Made by a program: the position numbers and the translations under genes. This document shows, piece by piece, positions 19,442 through 30,134 of a stretch of 54,200 bases of DNA (positions are counted from its first letter, which is position 1; each line of letters starts with the position of its first letter). The notes beneath the pieces were generated by a model, which saw only the letters and a program-made list of their open reading frames with translations, ran no database searches and was not told the origin of the DNA. Where the stretch lies: positions 1-54,200 of the forward strand of contig CAJAOR010000058.1 in assembly GCA_903942355.1 (NCBI GenBank), in the 5' to 3' direction. Origin of the DNA: an uncultured Chlorobiaceae bacterium. Lineage in GTDB: Bacteria; Bacteroidota; Chlorobiia; Chlorobiales; Chlorobiaceae.

Positions 19442-21271
19442 ATGGCATATTTCAACCACATCTGTCTTGTTGAAGCACCACAGACCATCATTGCGCCCTT
19501 TCCCCGTTTCATCACGGACTGTATCGGTGTCTGCTACCTTGCAGCAGCAGTTGAGCATGATGTTGAAACCCTTGTCATGCCCGAAAATTACTACAATGAC
19601 GGGATTTTTGAAAGTTTGCGTCAGCTCCTGAAAAAAACACCGGTAGAACTGGTCGCCATCTCCTCCATGACCGGCGCCTTCAACCAGGCCGAGCGGCTCG
19701 CAAAAATCGCCAAAGAGGCGGGTGCCTTTGTGGTGATGGGCGGCTTTCACCCCACGGCGCTCCCCGAAGAGGTACTGAAACTCTCCTGTGTTGACGTTGT
19801 GGTGATCGGGGAGGGCGAAGAAACCTTCCGCGAGCTCGTGCTCAACGGCCCCTCACGTGATGTCAAAGGGCTTGCCTACCGTGAAAATGGCGCCATTGTC
19901 TACACCGAACCAAGGCCCACCATCCAGAATATCGACACCATCCGCTTCCCCATGCGCTCCCTTCGCCCCAGCCGTTACGGCGAAAAAGGCGATGCCTACT
20001 CCATCGACACCATCTACACCTCCCGCGGCTGCCCCTGGTCATGCTCCTTTTGCGCCAACGACCAGATGCACAAAGGATGGAGAGGCCGCAGCGCCGAAAA
20101 TGTAGTTGAAGAGATTGCCCTCCTGCACGACCCGAAAAACAAGAAACTGCTCAAGATCTGGGACGCCAATTTTCTTACCAACATCGGGCGGGCCGAAAAG
20201 ATCTGCGACCTCATGATCGAAAGGGGACTCACCAACTTCCGTATCATGACCGAAACGAGGGCCAAGGATCTTGTCCGGGCCGAACGGATTCTGGATAAAT
20301 TGCAGCAAATAGGGCTCAGCAAGGTCGGCCTCGGCATCGAAAGCCCGAACGAAGCCACCCTTGCCCTCATGAACAAAAAAAACAGCCTCGGCGATGTTTC
20401 ACGTGCTATTGAGCTCTGCCGTGATCACCACATCGGAGCAGAAGGGTACTTCATTATCGGCCACTACACCGAAACCATGGAGGATACCATTGTCTACCCC
20501 GACTTTGCCCGATCGCTCGGTCTCCGCCAGGCACTCTTCATGATCATGACCCCCTACCCCGGAACAGGCATCTTCAAAGAGTACAAAGAGGAGGGAAAGA
20601 TCTGCTCATTCGACTGGGACTTCTACAACAACTACTGCCCGGTCATCGAAACCCGCACCATGACGAGCGACACGCTGGTGTCCATGCTGGCCTACTGCAA
20701 CGTAGCCTTCAACCGCTACCGCTCGGTCATGAAACGCAACACCCCAAAGGAGCTGCTGCTCAACTTCCTGATCGACCTTTTCCAGCTCTGCTTTCTCATG
20801 CGGGTCAACAAAAACCTCAACAGGGAGCAGATTACCGATCTTGTGTTCAATGCACTCCAAATGCTCCTTGATCATGAGCATGGAGCGATAGAGCAACCCG
20901 CACTCCCCTCATGCAAACCCTTGCCGGAGCCGCTAACCATCCGCATCCGTCGCTCACCACAGAGGAGCATCACCTTCACCCTCATCGCGCGGGGCGCCAA
21001 CCGCGTGCTTACCATGAAAGCCCAAAAGGAGGGAGAGCCTCTCGCCCCAATTTCAGGCCCGGAAATCCGGCTCGACAAACTGGTCGAGTGTGCCTGCTCC
21101 CTCTCCATGGAGACCCTGATGAGCGCCCTCTATCGCAATGAGTGGCTGCACAACAATCCCGGACGGATAACTGGCCAGATACTCTCCATCCTTACCGACA
21201 CTGAAATCCTGCGCTTTGGCGGACGGCTTGCCGCGCTCTATCTTGGCTCCTGGCGCAACAACAAAAGCTGA
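19442..21271 (+). CDS. Cobalamin-binding radical SAM enzyme
   Basis: B12-binding domain ([15 protein letters not shown]) followed by [12 protein letters not shown] (CxxxCxxC), GIES and TPYPGT. Confidence 0.88.
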   Translation: MAYFNHICLVEAPQTIIAPFPRFITDCIGVCYLAAAVEHDVETLVMPENYYNDGIFESLRQLLKKTPVELVAISSMTGAFNQAERLAKIAKEAGAFVVMGGFHPTALPEEVLKLSCVDVVVIGEGEETFRELVLNGPSRDVKGLAYRENGAIVYTEPRPTIQNIDTIRFPMRSLRPSRYGEKGDAYSIDTIYTSRGCPWSCSFCANDQMHKGWRGRSAENVVEEIALLHDPKNKKLLKIWDANFLTNIGRAEKICDLMIERGLTNFRIMTETRAKDLVRAERILDKLQQIGLSKVGLGIESPNEATLALMNKKNSLGDVSRAIELCRDHHIGAEGYFIIGHYTETMEDTIVYPDFARSLGLRQALFMIMTPYPGTGIFKEYKEEGKICSFDWDFYNNYCPVIETRTMTSDTLVSMLAYCNVAFNRYRSVMKRNTPKELLLNFLIDLFQLCFLMRVNKNLNREQITDLVFNALQMLLDHEHGAIEQPALPSCKPLPEPLTIRIRRSPQRSITFTLIARGANRVLTMKAQKEGEPLAPISGPEIRLDKLVECACSLSMETLMSALYRNEWLHNNPGRITGQILSILTDTEILRFGGRLAALYLGSWRNNKS

Positions 21272-21285
21272 CCCGACACCGCATT

Positions 21286-23076
21286 ATGCTCAACACTCTC
21301 CGCAAGGTCTTTGGCTTCCATGAGTTCCGTCCAAACCAGGAGAGTGTGGTGCGCTCGCTGCTCAAAAAACAGGACGTTCTGGCCATCATGCCCACCGGCG
21401 GCGGCAAATCACTCTGTTACCAGCTTCCCGCCGTCCTCTTGCCCGGCACCTGCATGGTGATCAGTCCGCTGATTGCCCTCATGAAAGACCAGGTTGATGG
21501 AGCCCGTTCAAACGGCATCCGTGCCGCCTTTCTCAACAGCTCCCAGAGTCCCGACGAACGCGATGAGGTGATGCATAACCTCCTCTCAAACTCGCTCGAC
21601 CTGCTCTACGTCGCACCCGAACGCTTCATTCTCAGCCACTTTCGCGAAACCCTCAGCCGGGTGCAGCTCAGTATGGCCGTCATCGACGAAGCCCACTGCA
21701 TCTCCGAATGGGGGCACGACTTCCGCCCCGACTATCTCTCGCTCTCCGACCTCGTGACCCTCTTTCCCCATACTCCGGTCGCCGCCTTTACCGCAACAGC
21801 AACCCACACGGTTCAGCAGGACATTCTCGACAAGCTTGCCCTGCGCCACCCCCTGATTGTCCGTGCCTCGTTCGATCGCCCGAACCTCATCTATGACGTT
21901 TGCTTCAAGGATAAAGCGGATGCCCAGATGATAGCACTGCTGAAAAGCAACCCCGGCAAGGCAGGCATCATCTACCGCACCAGCCGCAAAAGCGTCAGCG
22001 ATACGGCCGCCATGCTCCAGGCAAAGGGATTCAGGGCACTGCCGTACCACGCAGGCCTCAGTGACACCGAGCGCAAACGCAATCAGGAGGCTTTTATCCG
22101 CGACGAAGCGGACGTTATTGTTGCCACCATCGCTTTTGGCATGGGGATCGACAAGTCCAACATTCGCTTTGTCATCCATGCCGACCTCCCCAAAAGCATC
22201 GAAAACTACTATCAGGAAACAGGCCGGGCAGGGCGCGACGGCGAGCCGGCAGCCTGCACCCTCCTTTTCTCACAGGGCGACATCCCCAAAATGCGCTTCT
22301 TTATCGACGCCATGCCGGATGACGCCGAACGCCAGCGGGCCCTCACAGCCCTCTCAAAAGTGGTTGCCTTCGCCTCAACCTCTGTCTGCCGTCGCCGCAC
22401 CCTCCTCGACTATTTTGGTGAAACCTACCCGCCCGACAACTGTAACTCCTGCGACATCTGCCTCGGCACCCGGCGATTGGTTGACTGCACCCTACAGGCG
22501 CAGATGGTGCTTTCAGCCATTGTTCGCACCGAAGAGCGTTTTGGCGCCGGCCATATCGCCGATATCCTCACCGGAAGCCAGAACAAAAAAATTCTTGACT
22601 TCGGCCACGACCGCCTCAAAACCTACGGCGTCGGCAAACACCACGACAAAAAATACTGGCGCCAGCTCATCGACGAACTCCTGGCACAAAAAGTGATCCA
22701 AAAATCCGAGGGGCTTTACCCGATCCTCTTCCTGCTGCCAAAAGCAGGGAGGATACTCAAGCGCGAAGAGCGTATCGACATGGTACGGGTGCTCGACAAG
22801 AAAAAGGGGCAACCGCTCCCGATAGAGATCAGTGCGCCCTATGACAGCCAGCTTTTTGAACTGCTCCGGTCACTGCGCAAGCAGATTGCCGACGAGCAGG
22901 GCATTCCGCCCTACGTGGTCTTCTCCGACCGCACGCTGCACGACATGGCCGCCAACCTTCCCCGCACGGCGGAAGCGATGCTCACCGTTTCGGGTGTTGG
23001 CGAAATCAAGCTTGAACGCTACGGTCGGCAGTTTCTCCGCCTCATCGACCGCTACTGCAGCGACCACCATTCATGA
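21286..23076 (+). CDS. recQ: ATP-dependent DNA helicase RecQ
   Basis: MPTGGGKSLCYQLP, DEAHCISEWGHDFRP, ATIAFGMGIDK, QETGRAGRDG, Zn/RQC and HRDC (PPYVVFSD) domains. Confidence 0.97.
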   Translation: MLNTLRKVFGFHEFRPNQESVVRSLLKKQDVLAIMPTGGGKSLCYQLPAVLLPGTCMVISPLIALMKDQVDGARSNGIRAAFLNSSQSPDERDEVMHNLLSNSLDLLYVAPERFILSHFRETLSRVQLSMAVIDEAHCISEWGHDFRPDYLSLSDLVTLFPHTPVAAFTATATHTVQQDILDKLALRHPLIVRASFDRPNLIYDVCFKDKADAQMIALLKSNPGKAGIIYRTSRKSVSDTAAMLQAKGFRALPYHAGLSDTERKRNQEAFIRDEADVIVATIAFGMGIDKSNIRFVIHADLPKSIENYYQETGRAGRDGEPAACTLLFSQGDIPKMRFFIDAMPDDAERQRALTALSKVVAFASTSVCRRRTLLDYFGETYPPDNCNSCDICLGTRRLVDCTLQAQMVLSAIVRTEERFGAGHIADILTGSQNKKILDFGHDRLKTYGVGKHHDKKYWRQLIDELLAQKVIQKSEGLYPILFLLPKAGRILKREERIDMVRVLDKKKGQPLPIEISAPYDSQLFELLRSLRKQIADEQGIPPYVVFSDRTLHDMAANLPRTAEAMLTVSGVGEIKLERYGRQFLRLIDRYCSDHHS

Positions 23077-23138
23077 CCCCGCCGGCTGGATACAACTATT
23101 GTTAGTCAAGAGAATGCCCTTAATTTTCGAAGTGTGGT

Positions 23139-23160
23139 TATTATCAATATATTGATAATA
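23139..23160. promoter_or_regulatory. Perfect 22-bp palindrome upstream of the polysaccharide operon (candidate operator)
   Basis: TATTATCAATATATTGATAATA is its own reverse complement; lies about 150 bp before the first operon gene. Confidence 0.5.
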
Positions 23161-23308
23161 TCTTGTTTGTATAAATAGTGTCTCTCTTGCAAGCAGGGGC
23201 CTCTTTACTTATCCAATGAAAATACGTTTATTGTGAGTAAAGGTTGCGAAGCATTCATATATAAACTTCCCGCATTTTTTCTTGAGTATTTTACAAATTC
23301 TCTGAGTT

Positions 23309-23857
23309 ATGAGCTTTTTAAATAAACTTGCGGCTCTTGCGGTTTTCATGCATGTTCTTCTCTTTTCATGCATAAACCCTCCTGCATTGGCAGAGGTTGG
23401 TGCCCCTTCTTCCCTGTTCACGGAACAGCAGCAATCGGGATATAACCCCCTCGCAGGCCCCAATTACCCCCTGGTTCAAGACTCCTATTTTACCGACGAT
23501 AACGGCAATATTCTGATGATTGTCAACGTCCTTGGTGAGGTGAACAAGCAGGGTCAGATTGTGGTCAGGGAAAATGTTGACTTTGCAACCATCCTTGCGC
23601 TTGCAGGCGGCCTAAAGAGCGACGCAAACCTCCGCAAAGTGCTCGTTGCCCGCCAGGAGCCCGATAAAAACGGAGCGCAGGCCTATGTGATAGACCTCAA
23701 AAAGTACTACAAGTACGGTGACCGATCCGCATTTATTGCCCTGAAACCCAACGATACCATCATCTTCCCCGAAAAGAGCTTCAGCATCGAGAAGTTGACT
23801 CGTATTGTAGGTAGTGTCTATCCATGGGTCTATATTTATAACAATCTCAAGAATTAA
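23309..23857 (+). CDS. SLBB-domain polysaccharide export protein (short Wza/OPX-like)
   Basis: Signal peptide, VNVLGEVNKQG...LALAGG SLBB motif, LKPNDTII, C-terminal amphipathic helix; directly upstream of wzc. Confidence 0.7.
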   Translation: MSFLNKLAALAVFMHVLLFSCINPPALAEVGAPSSLFTEQQQSGYNPLAGPNYPLVQDSYFTDDNGNILMIVNVLGEVNKQGQIVVRENVDFATILALAGGLKSDANLRKVLVARQEPDKNGAQAYVIDLKKYYKYGDRSAFIALKPNDTIIFPEKSFSIEKLTRIVGSVYPWVYIYNNLKN

Positions 23858-23875
23858 AAGGCAGAAAAGTCCATC

Positions 23876-26287
23876 ATGATAGCTGATAAACAGACCCAAA
23901 CCAGCCAGCAGCAGGATCAGTATCCGCAAACGAGGACGCCCGAAATAACTCTTGAAGAGATCGTCAAAATTATTTTTCGCCGCAAGTATGGCATTCTTCT
24001 TGTTCTTGCGCTCTCGGTTGTCGTTGCCCTCTTTTATCACTATTCCCAAACCCCCGAATATCACGCCGATTCGGTTATCATGATCAATACGCCCAAGAGT
24101 TCCGGTGATATTCTTGAAACGGTTCTTGGTTCCGGTGCACCCGACAGCAAAGCCACCAAAAAAGATGTGGAGCTGCTCAAGTCGATGCCCATTGCGGAGC
24201 TCGTCGTCAAAGAGTTGCTGAAAAGCAGCGGCAGCACCCCGCTTGAATTTTTTGGCAAAAGGGAGTACCTCTCTCCTGTGGCAGGTTTTGTGCAGCCGTT
24301 GCTCTTCTTCAAGGGATGGCTATCAGCCAGAGAGAAGCAAAGTCCGGATGAAATATTCCGCAGTTATGCCCGCAAACTGAACGACCGGATACAGGTTGAT
24401 GCCGTTCGCGAAACCAACCTCCTCAAAGTTTCCGTTGCAAGCCCTTTCCCCGATGAAGCTGTTTTTTTAACCAATACCCTCTGCCGGGTCTATAAACAGT
24501 CCGATATCGACCGGAATTCCGAAAAGTACTCCCAGGCCAGCACCTTTATTGCCGATATGCTGCGCGATCAGCAACAGAAGGTCATCGATGCCGACAACGC
24601 CCAGTCAAAATATATGGCCGAGCATCAAATCTATGAGTTTTCCGGCAACACCCAGCAACTGCTCGACAAACTCATCGAGACCGATGCAAAGGTCAACAGT
24701 ATCAAGGCCGACTACAATATTACAAAGAACAACCTTGGCTTTCTTGAAAAGAAACTCACCGATGCCGACAAAGCGCTGAGTTCCACCATCGCACAAAACG
24801 TCAACCGCCAGCTTGGCACCATCATGGACGAAATACGGAGCCGTGAAAGCGACTATGTGCAGTTGCTGCGTGAACGAGGCGCTGAGGATGCGGAGGTCAA
24901 GGCCAAAAAACAGCAGCTCGAGGTGGTAAAAACACGCTATGAACAGCTCAGCCGCAGCAAGATTGCCGGAGCAATCGGCTATGCCGGTCGCGCTCAAAAA
25001 GCGAGCTTCGATCTGGTCTCCGAAAAACTGCAGATCGAGCGGAAACTCAACGAACTGAACTTCAGCGCAACCGAGTTCAACCGCCTGAAGCAATACTACG
25101 AAAGCCAGTTGTCGACCCTGCCGCAAAAGCAGCAGGACTACGCCAAACTGCTCCGTGATCGTGAAGTTGTCAACAAAACCTATATCTTTCTGAAGGAGAA
25201 GTCGGACGAAACCCGTATTCTGCTTGGATCGGAGGTAGGCAGCGTCTCGCTGGTAGGCTCGGCATTCCGCCCTTCCTCGCCGGAAAAACCGAATCTGAAA
25301 AAAAGTATGCTCATGGGGCTGGTGCTTGGCCTTCTGCTTGCGTTCCTCTACGCCTATCTTGCAGAGCTTTTTGACGACACCGTCAAGGATGAGGCTTTTT
25401 TCAAGGATATCAATCTGCCCATGCTCTCCTTTATTCCCTTGGTGACGCAAGAGGGCAAAAACCCTTTTTCAGGCGACAGGCAATCAAGGCTGAACCGCAT
25501 ACTCTACAACACCAGCAAGGCGTTCCGCGAAAAGCTGCTTGCCTATGGTGCCGCAACCCAACGCAAGCCCTATGTCCCGAAGGCTGGCGAAGTGCCCATG
25601 CCGATGATAACCGACAGCTTGTCCTCCTCCTTTTCTGAAAGCTTCAGAACGCTGCGAACCGCTCTCGATTACAGCCGTGTCGACGCTCCTCTCCACTCAA
25701 TTCTTGTTTCCGGCACAGCAATGTCGGAAGGGAAGTCAACCGTTTGCGCCAATCTTGCGATGTCTCTTGCTCTTAGCGGCAAAAAAACCCTTATCATCGA
25801 TTGCGATTTGCGACGTGCTTCGCAGCATAAAAAACTGAATGGCAAGCGCGAGCCGGGCCTTACCGACTACCTCTTCAGTCAGCAGCATGCGATGGATGAA
25901 AGCTATTTTCAGCCCACACATCTCGATAACCTCTTTTTAATCAGCGCGGGTAAAAAACTGCAGAACTGCAATGAACTGCTTGGATCGGCAAAAATGGCTG
26001 AACTCATCAACGAGCTCGAAAAGAGGTTCGACAAAGTTGTGCTCGACTCTCCTCCGCTCTTCCTCAGCGACGCGGCGCAGCTTGCCCATTCGGTTGACGG
26101 CATTCTGCTTGTTGCCCGTTTGCAGTTTACCTGCAGAAATCCGATCAGGGATTTTGTAACCGATCACTATCTGCGGCCTTTGATGCTTGGTGTTACGTTG
26201 ATTGAACCCCGCAACGGCGGCATGTTCGGGTATGGACGATATGGATACGGAAAATATGGATATGGAAAATACGAAGAGGTCTCATAA
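23876..26287 (+). CDS. wzc: Polysaccharide co-polymerase / BY tyrosine kinase (Wzc/GumC-like)
   Basis: Two TM helices flanking a coiled-coil, ESFRTLRT, EGKST Walker A, IIDCDLRR, VLDSPP, and a C-terminal YGRYGYGKYGYGKY tyrosine cluster. Confidence 0.9.
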   Translation: MIADKQTQTSQQQDQYPQTRTPEITLEEIVKIIFRRKYGILLVLALSVVVALFYHYSQTPEYHADSVIMINTPKSSGDILETVLGSGAPDSKATKKDVELLKSMPIAELVVKELLKSSGSTPLEFFGKREYLSPVAGFVQPLLFFKGWLSAREKQSPDEIFRSYARKLNDRIQVDAVRETNLLKVSVASPFPDEAVFLTNTLCRVYKQSDIDRNSEKYSQASTFIADMLRDQQQKVIDADNAQSKYMAEHQIYEFSGNTQQLLDKLIETDAKVNSIKADYNITKNNLGFLEKKLTDADKALSSTIAQNVNRQLGTIMDEIRSRESDYVQLLRERGAEDAEVKAKKQQLEVVKTRYEQLSRSKIAGAIGYAGRAQKASFDLVSEKLQIERKLNELNFSATEFNRLKQYYESQLSTLPQKQQDYAKLLRDREVVNKTYIFLKEKSDETRILLGSEVGSVSLVGSAFRPSSPEKPNLKKSMLMGLVLGLLLAFLYAYLAELFDDTVKDEAFFKDINLPMLSFIPLVTQEGKNPFSGDRQSRLNRILYNTSKAFREKLLAYGAATQRKPYVPKAGEVPMPMITDSLSSSFSESFRTLRTALDYSRVDAPLHSILVSGTAMSEGKSTVCANLAMSLALSGKKTLIIDCDLRRASQHKKLNGKREPGLTDYLFSQQHAMDESYFQPTHLDNLFLISAGKKLQNCNELLGSAKMAELINELEKRFDKVVLDSPPLFLSDAAQLAHSVDGILLVARLQFTCRNPIRDFVTDHYLRPLMLGVTLIEPRNGGMFGYGRYGYGKYGYGKYEEVS

Positions 26288-26305
26288 CCTGATTAATCCC
26301 GTATC

Positions 26306-28429
26306 TTGAAACGTCGTTTTCTCAATCTGGGCAGAAAATGGCTTTCCTGTTCCCGTCAGGTCAAGCGTCTGGTTGTTGTCGCGTTCGACATCTGCTCGTT
26401 GCTGCTGACCGTCTGGATGGCATTCTCGCTCACTCGTAACCTCATGCACAAGCCGGAGGGTCAGGAGTGGCTCGTCTACCTGCTTGCGCCAGTCCTGATG
26501 ATGCCGATCTTTTCACTTTCAGGCATCTATGGTACCATCCAGCGTTTCAACGGGTTTGAGAATTTTATAACGATTTTTAAAAGTGTTTTTTTTTATGGGG
26601 TAGCATTTTTTTGCGTCGTGTTATTTGTGCCTCATCCGCACATCACCATTGCTATAGGAATCCTCCAGCCATTGCTCTTTTTGCTGCTGACAGCAGGAAG
26701 CCGAGTGATGGTGCGCTATCTGAGTTCAACGATTACCGTCAGACCTGAACAAATGTGTCATGCTCCCAACAAGCTGCTGATTTACGGAGCAGGTTCAGCA
26801 GGAGTTGAAATTGTCAATAGTATCAACCGAAGCAGGAAATTTCATCTGGTTGGTTTTATTGATGACAATGAAGAGCTTCAGGGGATGGCCATCAACAGGA
26901 TTAATGTTTTTAGCCCAAAACAGTCCGAAGAGCTGATCCAAAGAAAGGAAGTCAACACTATTCTGCTCGCTTTGCCTTCGGTAAGTCGTACCCGGCGTAA
27001 TCAAATTATTGAGCAATACCGGAAATATTCGGTGCAAATCCAGATGCTGCCGGGAATTGAAGAGCTTGCCGAAGGCAAGGTCACCATATCCGACATAAAA
27101 ACAGTCGATATTGAGGATCTTCTTGGTCGTGACCAGGTGCCGCTCGATCATGCTCTGGTGAAAAAATCCATTACCGGCCGAATCGTGTTGGTTACCGGCG
27201 CCGGAGGGTCAATCGGCAGCGAACTCTGCCGCCAACTGCTGCTCGCTCAGCCATCAATACTCCTGTTGCTCGACCATGCCGAGCATAACCTCTACACGAT
27301 TCACCTCGACCTCACGCTTCGCCATGCAAGCCTCTCATCCGAAACGCGGATTGTGCCGCTGCTCTGCGATGTAACCAATGCGGTTCGTCTCTCTGAAATT
27401 GTCCGCGTCTTCCATCCGGAGGTGATCTACCATGCCGCCGCCTACAAGCATGTGCCGATGGTTGAGCATAACCCTGCAGAAGGGATGCGCAACAACGTGC
27501 TCGGCACCCATGCTATCGCAGAGGTTGCCATGCAGCATGGGGTAAAGAGCGTTATCCTCGTCAGTACCGACAAGGCCGTACGGCCAACCAACGTGATGGG
27601 CGCAAGCAAACGGCTCTGCGAAATGATCCTGCAGGCGCTGAGTGAAGAAACAGGGCACGCAACCTGCTTCTCCATAGTGCGCTTCGGCAATGTTCTTGGC
27701 TCAAGCGGCTCAGTGGTACCCCTTTTTCGCAGCCAGATCAACAGCGGCGGCCCCCTGACCATTACCCATAAAGAGATTACCCGCTACTTCATGACCATCC
27801 CTGAAGCCGCACAACTTATTATCCAGACCGGAGCCATGGCTTCACCGGGCGATCTCCACCTGCTTGAAATGGGCGACCCGGTCAAAATTATCGACCTTGC
27901 CCGAAAGATGGTGGAACTCTCAGGCCTCACCATTCGCGATCATGAAAATCCGGAAGGTGACATAGAAATACACATAACCGGCCTTCGCCCGGGCGAAAAA
28001 CTCTACGAAGAGCTGCTGATCGGCACCAATTCAACCCCCTCAGCCAACCCCCGCATATTCAAAGCCAAAGAGCACTTCATACCCTGGAATGAGCTTCAGA
28101 CCGAACTCGAAGACCTTACCACAGCTATCACCAATAACGATATTCCACATATCAAGCAAATTCTCCAGCGAGTAGTCCCTGAATATCAGCCATCCATAAC
28201 CACCACCGACCTCCTAACCATAGAACAAAAAAAAACGGCAAAAAATACTCCACCACCACCAACAACGGCCACTAACCGTACGGGCACGGCATGCCGTGCC
28301 CCAAAAAATTATGCACCCAACCCCCTCCATAAAAGCGCTTCTCAAACGCCTCTGGCACCACATAACCCCGCGCCGCCGCTCCCAATTCGCCCTGCTCCTC
28401 CTCCTGATGATCGCAGCCTCATTCGCTGA
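26306..28429 (+). CDS. capD: Membrane-bound UDP-GlcNAc 4,6-dehydratase (CapD/WbpM/PglF); C-terminal tail probably extended by a frameshift
   Basis: TM N-terminus, IYGAGSAG, IEDLLGR, VTGAGGSIGSEL, HAAAYKHVP, STDKAVRPTNVMGASKR and GLRPGEKLYEEL. Confidence 0.9.
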   Translation: MKRRFLNLGRKWLSCSRQVKRLVVVAFDICSLLLTVWMAFSLTRNLMHKPEGQEWLVYLLAPVLMMPIFSLSGIYGTIQRFNGFENFITIFKSVFFYGVAFFCVVLFVPHPHITIAIGILQPLLFLLLTAGSRVMVRYLSSTITVRPEQMCHAPNKLLIYGAGSAGVEIVNSINRSRKFHLVGFIDDNEELQGMAINRINVFSPKQSEELIQRKEVNTILLALPSVSRTRRNQIIEQYRKYSVQIQMLPGIEELAEGKVTISDIKTVDIEDLLGRDQVPLDHALVKKSITGRIVLVTGAGGSIGSELCRQLLLAQPSILLLLDHAEHNLYTIHLDLTLRHASLSSETRIVPLLCDVTNAVRLSEIVRVFHPEVIYHAAAYKHVPMVEHNPAEGMRNNVLGTHAIAEVAMQHGVKSVILVSTDKAVRPTNVMGASKRLCEMILQALSEETGHATCFSIVRFGNVLGSSGSVVPLFRSQINSGGPLTITHKEITRYFMTIPEAAQLIIQTGAMASPGDLHLLEMGDPVKIIDLARKMVELSGLTIRDHENPEGDIEIHITGLRPGEKLYEELLIGTNSTPSANPRIFKAKEHFIPWNELQTELEDLTTAITNNDIPHIKQILQRVVPEYQPSITTTDLLTIEQKKTAKNTPPPPTTATNRTGTACRAPKNYAPNPLHKSASQTPLAPHNPAPPLPIRPAPPPDDRSLIR
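28277..28302 (+). repeat. REP-like palindrome
   Basis: cGTACGGGCACGGCATGCCGTGCCCC, with a perfect GGGCACGGCATGCCGTGCCC core resembling GTAG-type REPs. Confidence 0.65.
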
Positions 28430-30134
28430 AATTCTCAGCATCGGTGCCGTACTTCCATTCCTCGCAGTGCTGACCGCCCCTGAAAGAATCTTCAAGCTCC
28501 CAGCAGCCCAGCCGCTTATCCAGGCCGCAGGCATAACGAGTGCCAGTCAACTCCTGCTTCCGCTTACCATCACCTTCGGCATAGCAGCGCTCATGTCGGG
28601 CGCCATCCGTCTGCTGCTCCTTTGGGCCAGCACCCGCCTCTCCTTTGCAACAGGGGCCGACCTCAGCATCAGCATCTACCGCCGGACGCTCTATCAGCCT
28701 TATGCGGTGCACGTTGCCCGCAACAGCAGTGAAGTGATCAACGGGATCTCAGGCAAAGCCAATGGAGTCATCAGCAGTATCATCGTGCCGACCACAAACC
28801 TCATCAGCTCAACCATCATGCTGATCGCAATCCTCATGGCGCTATTGTCGCTTAATCCCGTTATTGCATTGGCAGCTTTTGGCGGTTTTGGCTTGATCTA
28901 CATCTTTATCATAAAACTTACACGCAATCAGCAGTTGCTGAACAGCAAGTGCATTGCCCGTGAATCCACACAGGTCATAAAATCGCTGCAAGAGGGGTTG
29001 GGCGGTATACGTGACGTCCTGATCGATGGTTGTCAGGCTGCCTACTGCCAAATCTATCGTAATGCCGACAGCCCCTTGCGCAAAGCGCAGGGAAGCAACT
29101 CATTTATCGGTTCAAGCCCGCGATTCGGCATCGAAGCGCTCGGCATGATGCTTATAGCTGTTTTGGCCTACGCACTCGCCAGGCAACCTAATGGTATCGA
29201 AAAAGCAATTCCCGTTCTGGGTGCACTGGCGCTCGGTGCCCAGCGTCTGCTGCCGGTCTTGCAGCAGGCATACGGATCATGGTCAAGCATACAGGGCGGG
29301 CGGGTTTCGCTGAGGGACACGCTTGAACTGCTTGATCAGCCACTGCCCGATTATGTTGATCAGCCACCAGGCCAACCGCTGCCGTTTCGCCACCAGATTA
29401 CACTGAACAATCTCTCTTTCCGTTACACCCTGCAAATGCCTCTGGTGCTCAGGAACCTTAACCTGCGCATAGCAAAAGGGAGCCGCATCGGTTTCATTGG
29501 CGTCACCGGTAGCGGCAAAAGCACCCTGCTCGACATCATCATGGGGCTTCTGCAACCGACAGCAGGGGCTATCGAAATCGATGCACAATCCTTGACCATA
29601 ACAAACAACAGGGGATGGCAGGCGCACATTGCTCACGTTCCGCAAGCCATCTTCCTTGCCGATAGTAGTATCGAAGAGAACATCGCCTTTGGTGTGCCAA
29701 AAGGAAAGATTGACCCGGCACGGGTCAAGCAAGCCGCTCGTCAGGCACAGATTGCCGATATTATCGAAAGCTGGCCGAAGAAGTACCAGACCTACGTCGG
29801 TGAACGCGGCATCCGACTCTCCGGAGGCCAGCGCCAGCGCATCGGCATCGCCCGCGCCCTATATAAGCAAGCTGACGTCATCATCTTCGACGAAGCCACC
29901 AGCGCCCTCGACAACGAAACCGAACAGGGCATCATGCAGTCAATCGAAAGCCTCGGTGATGACCTGACAGTGTTAATTATTGCCCATCGACTGACGACAT
30001 TACGCAACTGTACTCTGGTCGTGGAGTTAGGGGATGGAGGAATAAAGCGAATCGGAAGTTATGAGGACGTCGTTTCAAAAGAGTATACGAACGGCAAAGA
30101 ACGTCCATTCAGCACTCAGTACTTAAAATTATAA
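28311..30134 (+). CDS. ABC transporter permease/ATP-binding fusion (PglK/Wzk-like lipid-linked glycan flippase)
   Basis: TM domain, GVTGSGKST, HVPQ, VGERGIRLSGGQRQRIGIARALY, DEATSALD and IAHR; location in the polysaccharide locus. Confidence 0.85.
   Translation: MHPTPSIKALLKRLWHHITPRRRSQFALLLLLMIAASFAEILSIGAVLPFLAVLTAPERIFKLPAAQPLIQAAGITSASQLLLPLTITFGIAALMSGAIRLLLLWASTRLSFATGADLSISIYRRTLYQPYAVHVARNSSEVINGISGKANGVISSIIVPTTNLISSTIMLIAILMALLSLNPVIALAAFGGFGLIYIFIIKLTRNQQLLNSKCIARESTQVIKSLQEGLGGIRDVLIDGCQAAYCQIYRNADSPLRKAQGSNSFIGSSPRFGIEALGMMLIAVLAYALARQPNGIEKAIPVLGALALGAQRLLPVLQQAYGSWSSIQGGRVSLRDTLELLDQPLPDYVDQPPGQPLPFRHQITLNNLSFRYTLQMPLVLRNLNLRIAKGSRIGFIGVTGSGKSTLLDIIMGLLQPTAGAIEIDAQSLTITNNRGWQAHIAHVPQAIFLADSSIEENIAFGVPKGKIDPARVKQAARQAQIADIIESWPKKYQTYVGERGIRLSGGQRQRIGIARALYKQADVIIFDEATSALDNETEQGIMQSIESLGDDLTVLIIAHRLTTLRNCTLVVELGDGGIKRIGSYEDVVSKEYTNGKERPFSTQYLKL

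Noticed and set aside
19442-21271. Call as bchE, bchQ or bchR
   Set aside because: Shares the domain architecture only; I do not recognise it as those proteins and there is no bch context
26230-26272. Short tandem-like DNA repeats (TATGGA...) at the end of wzc
   Set aside because: They encode the normal BY-kinase tyrosine cluster
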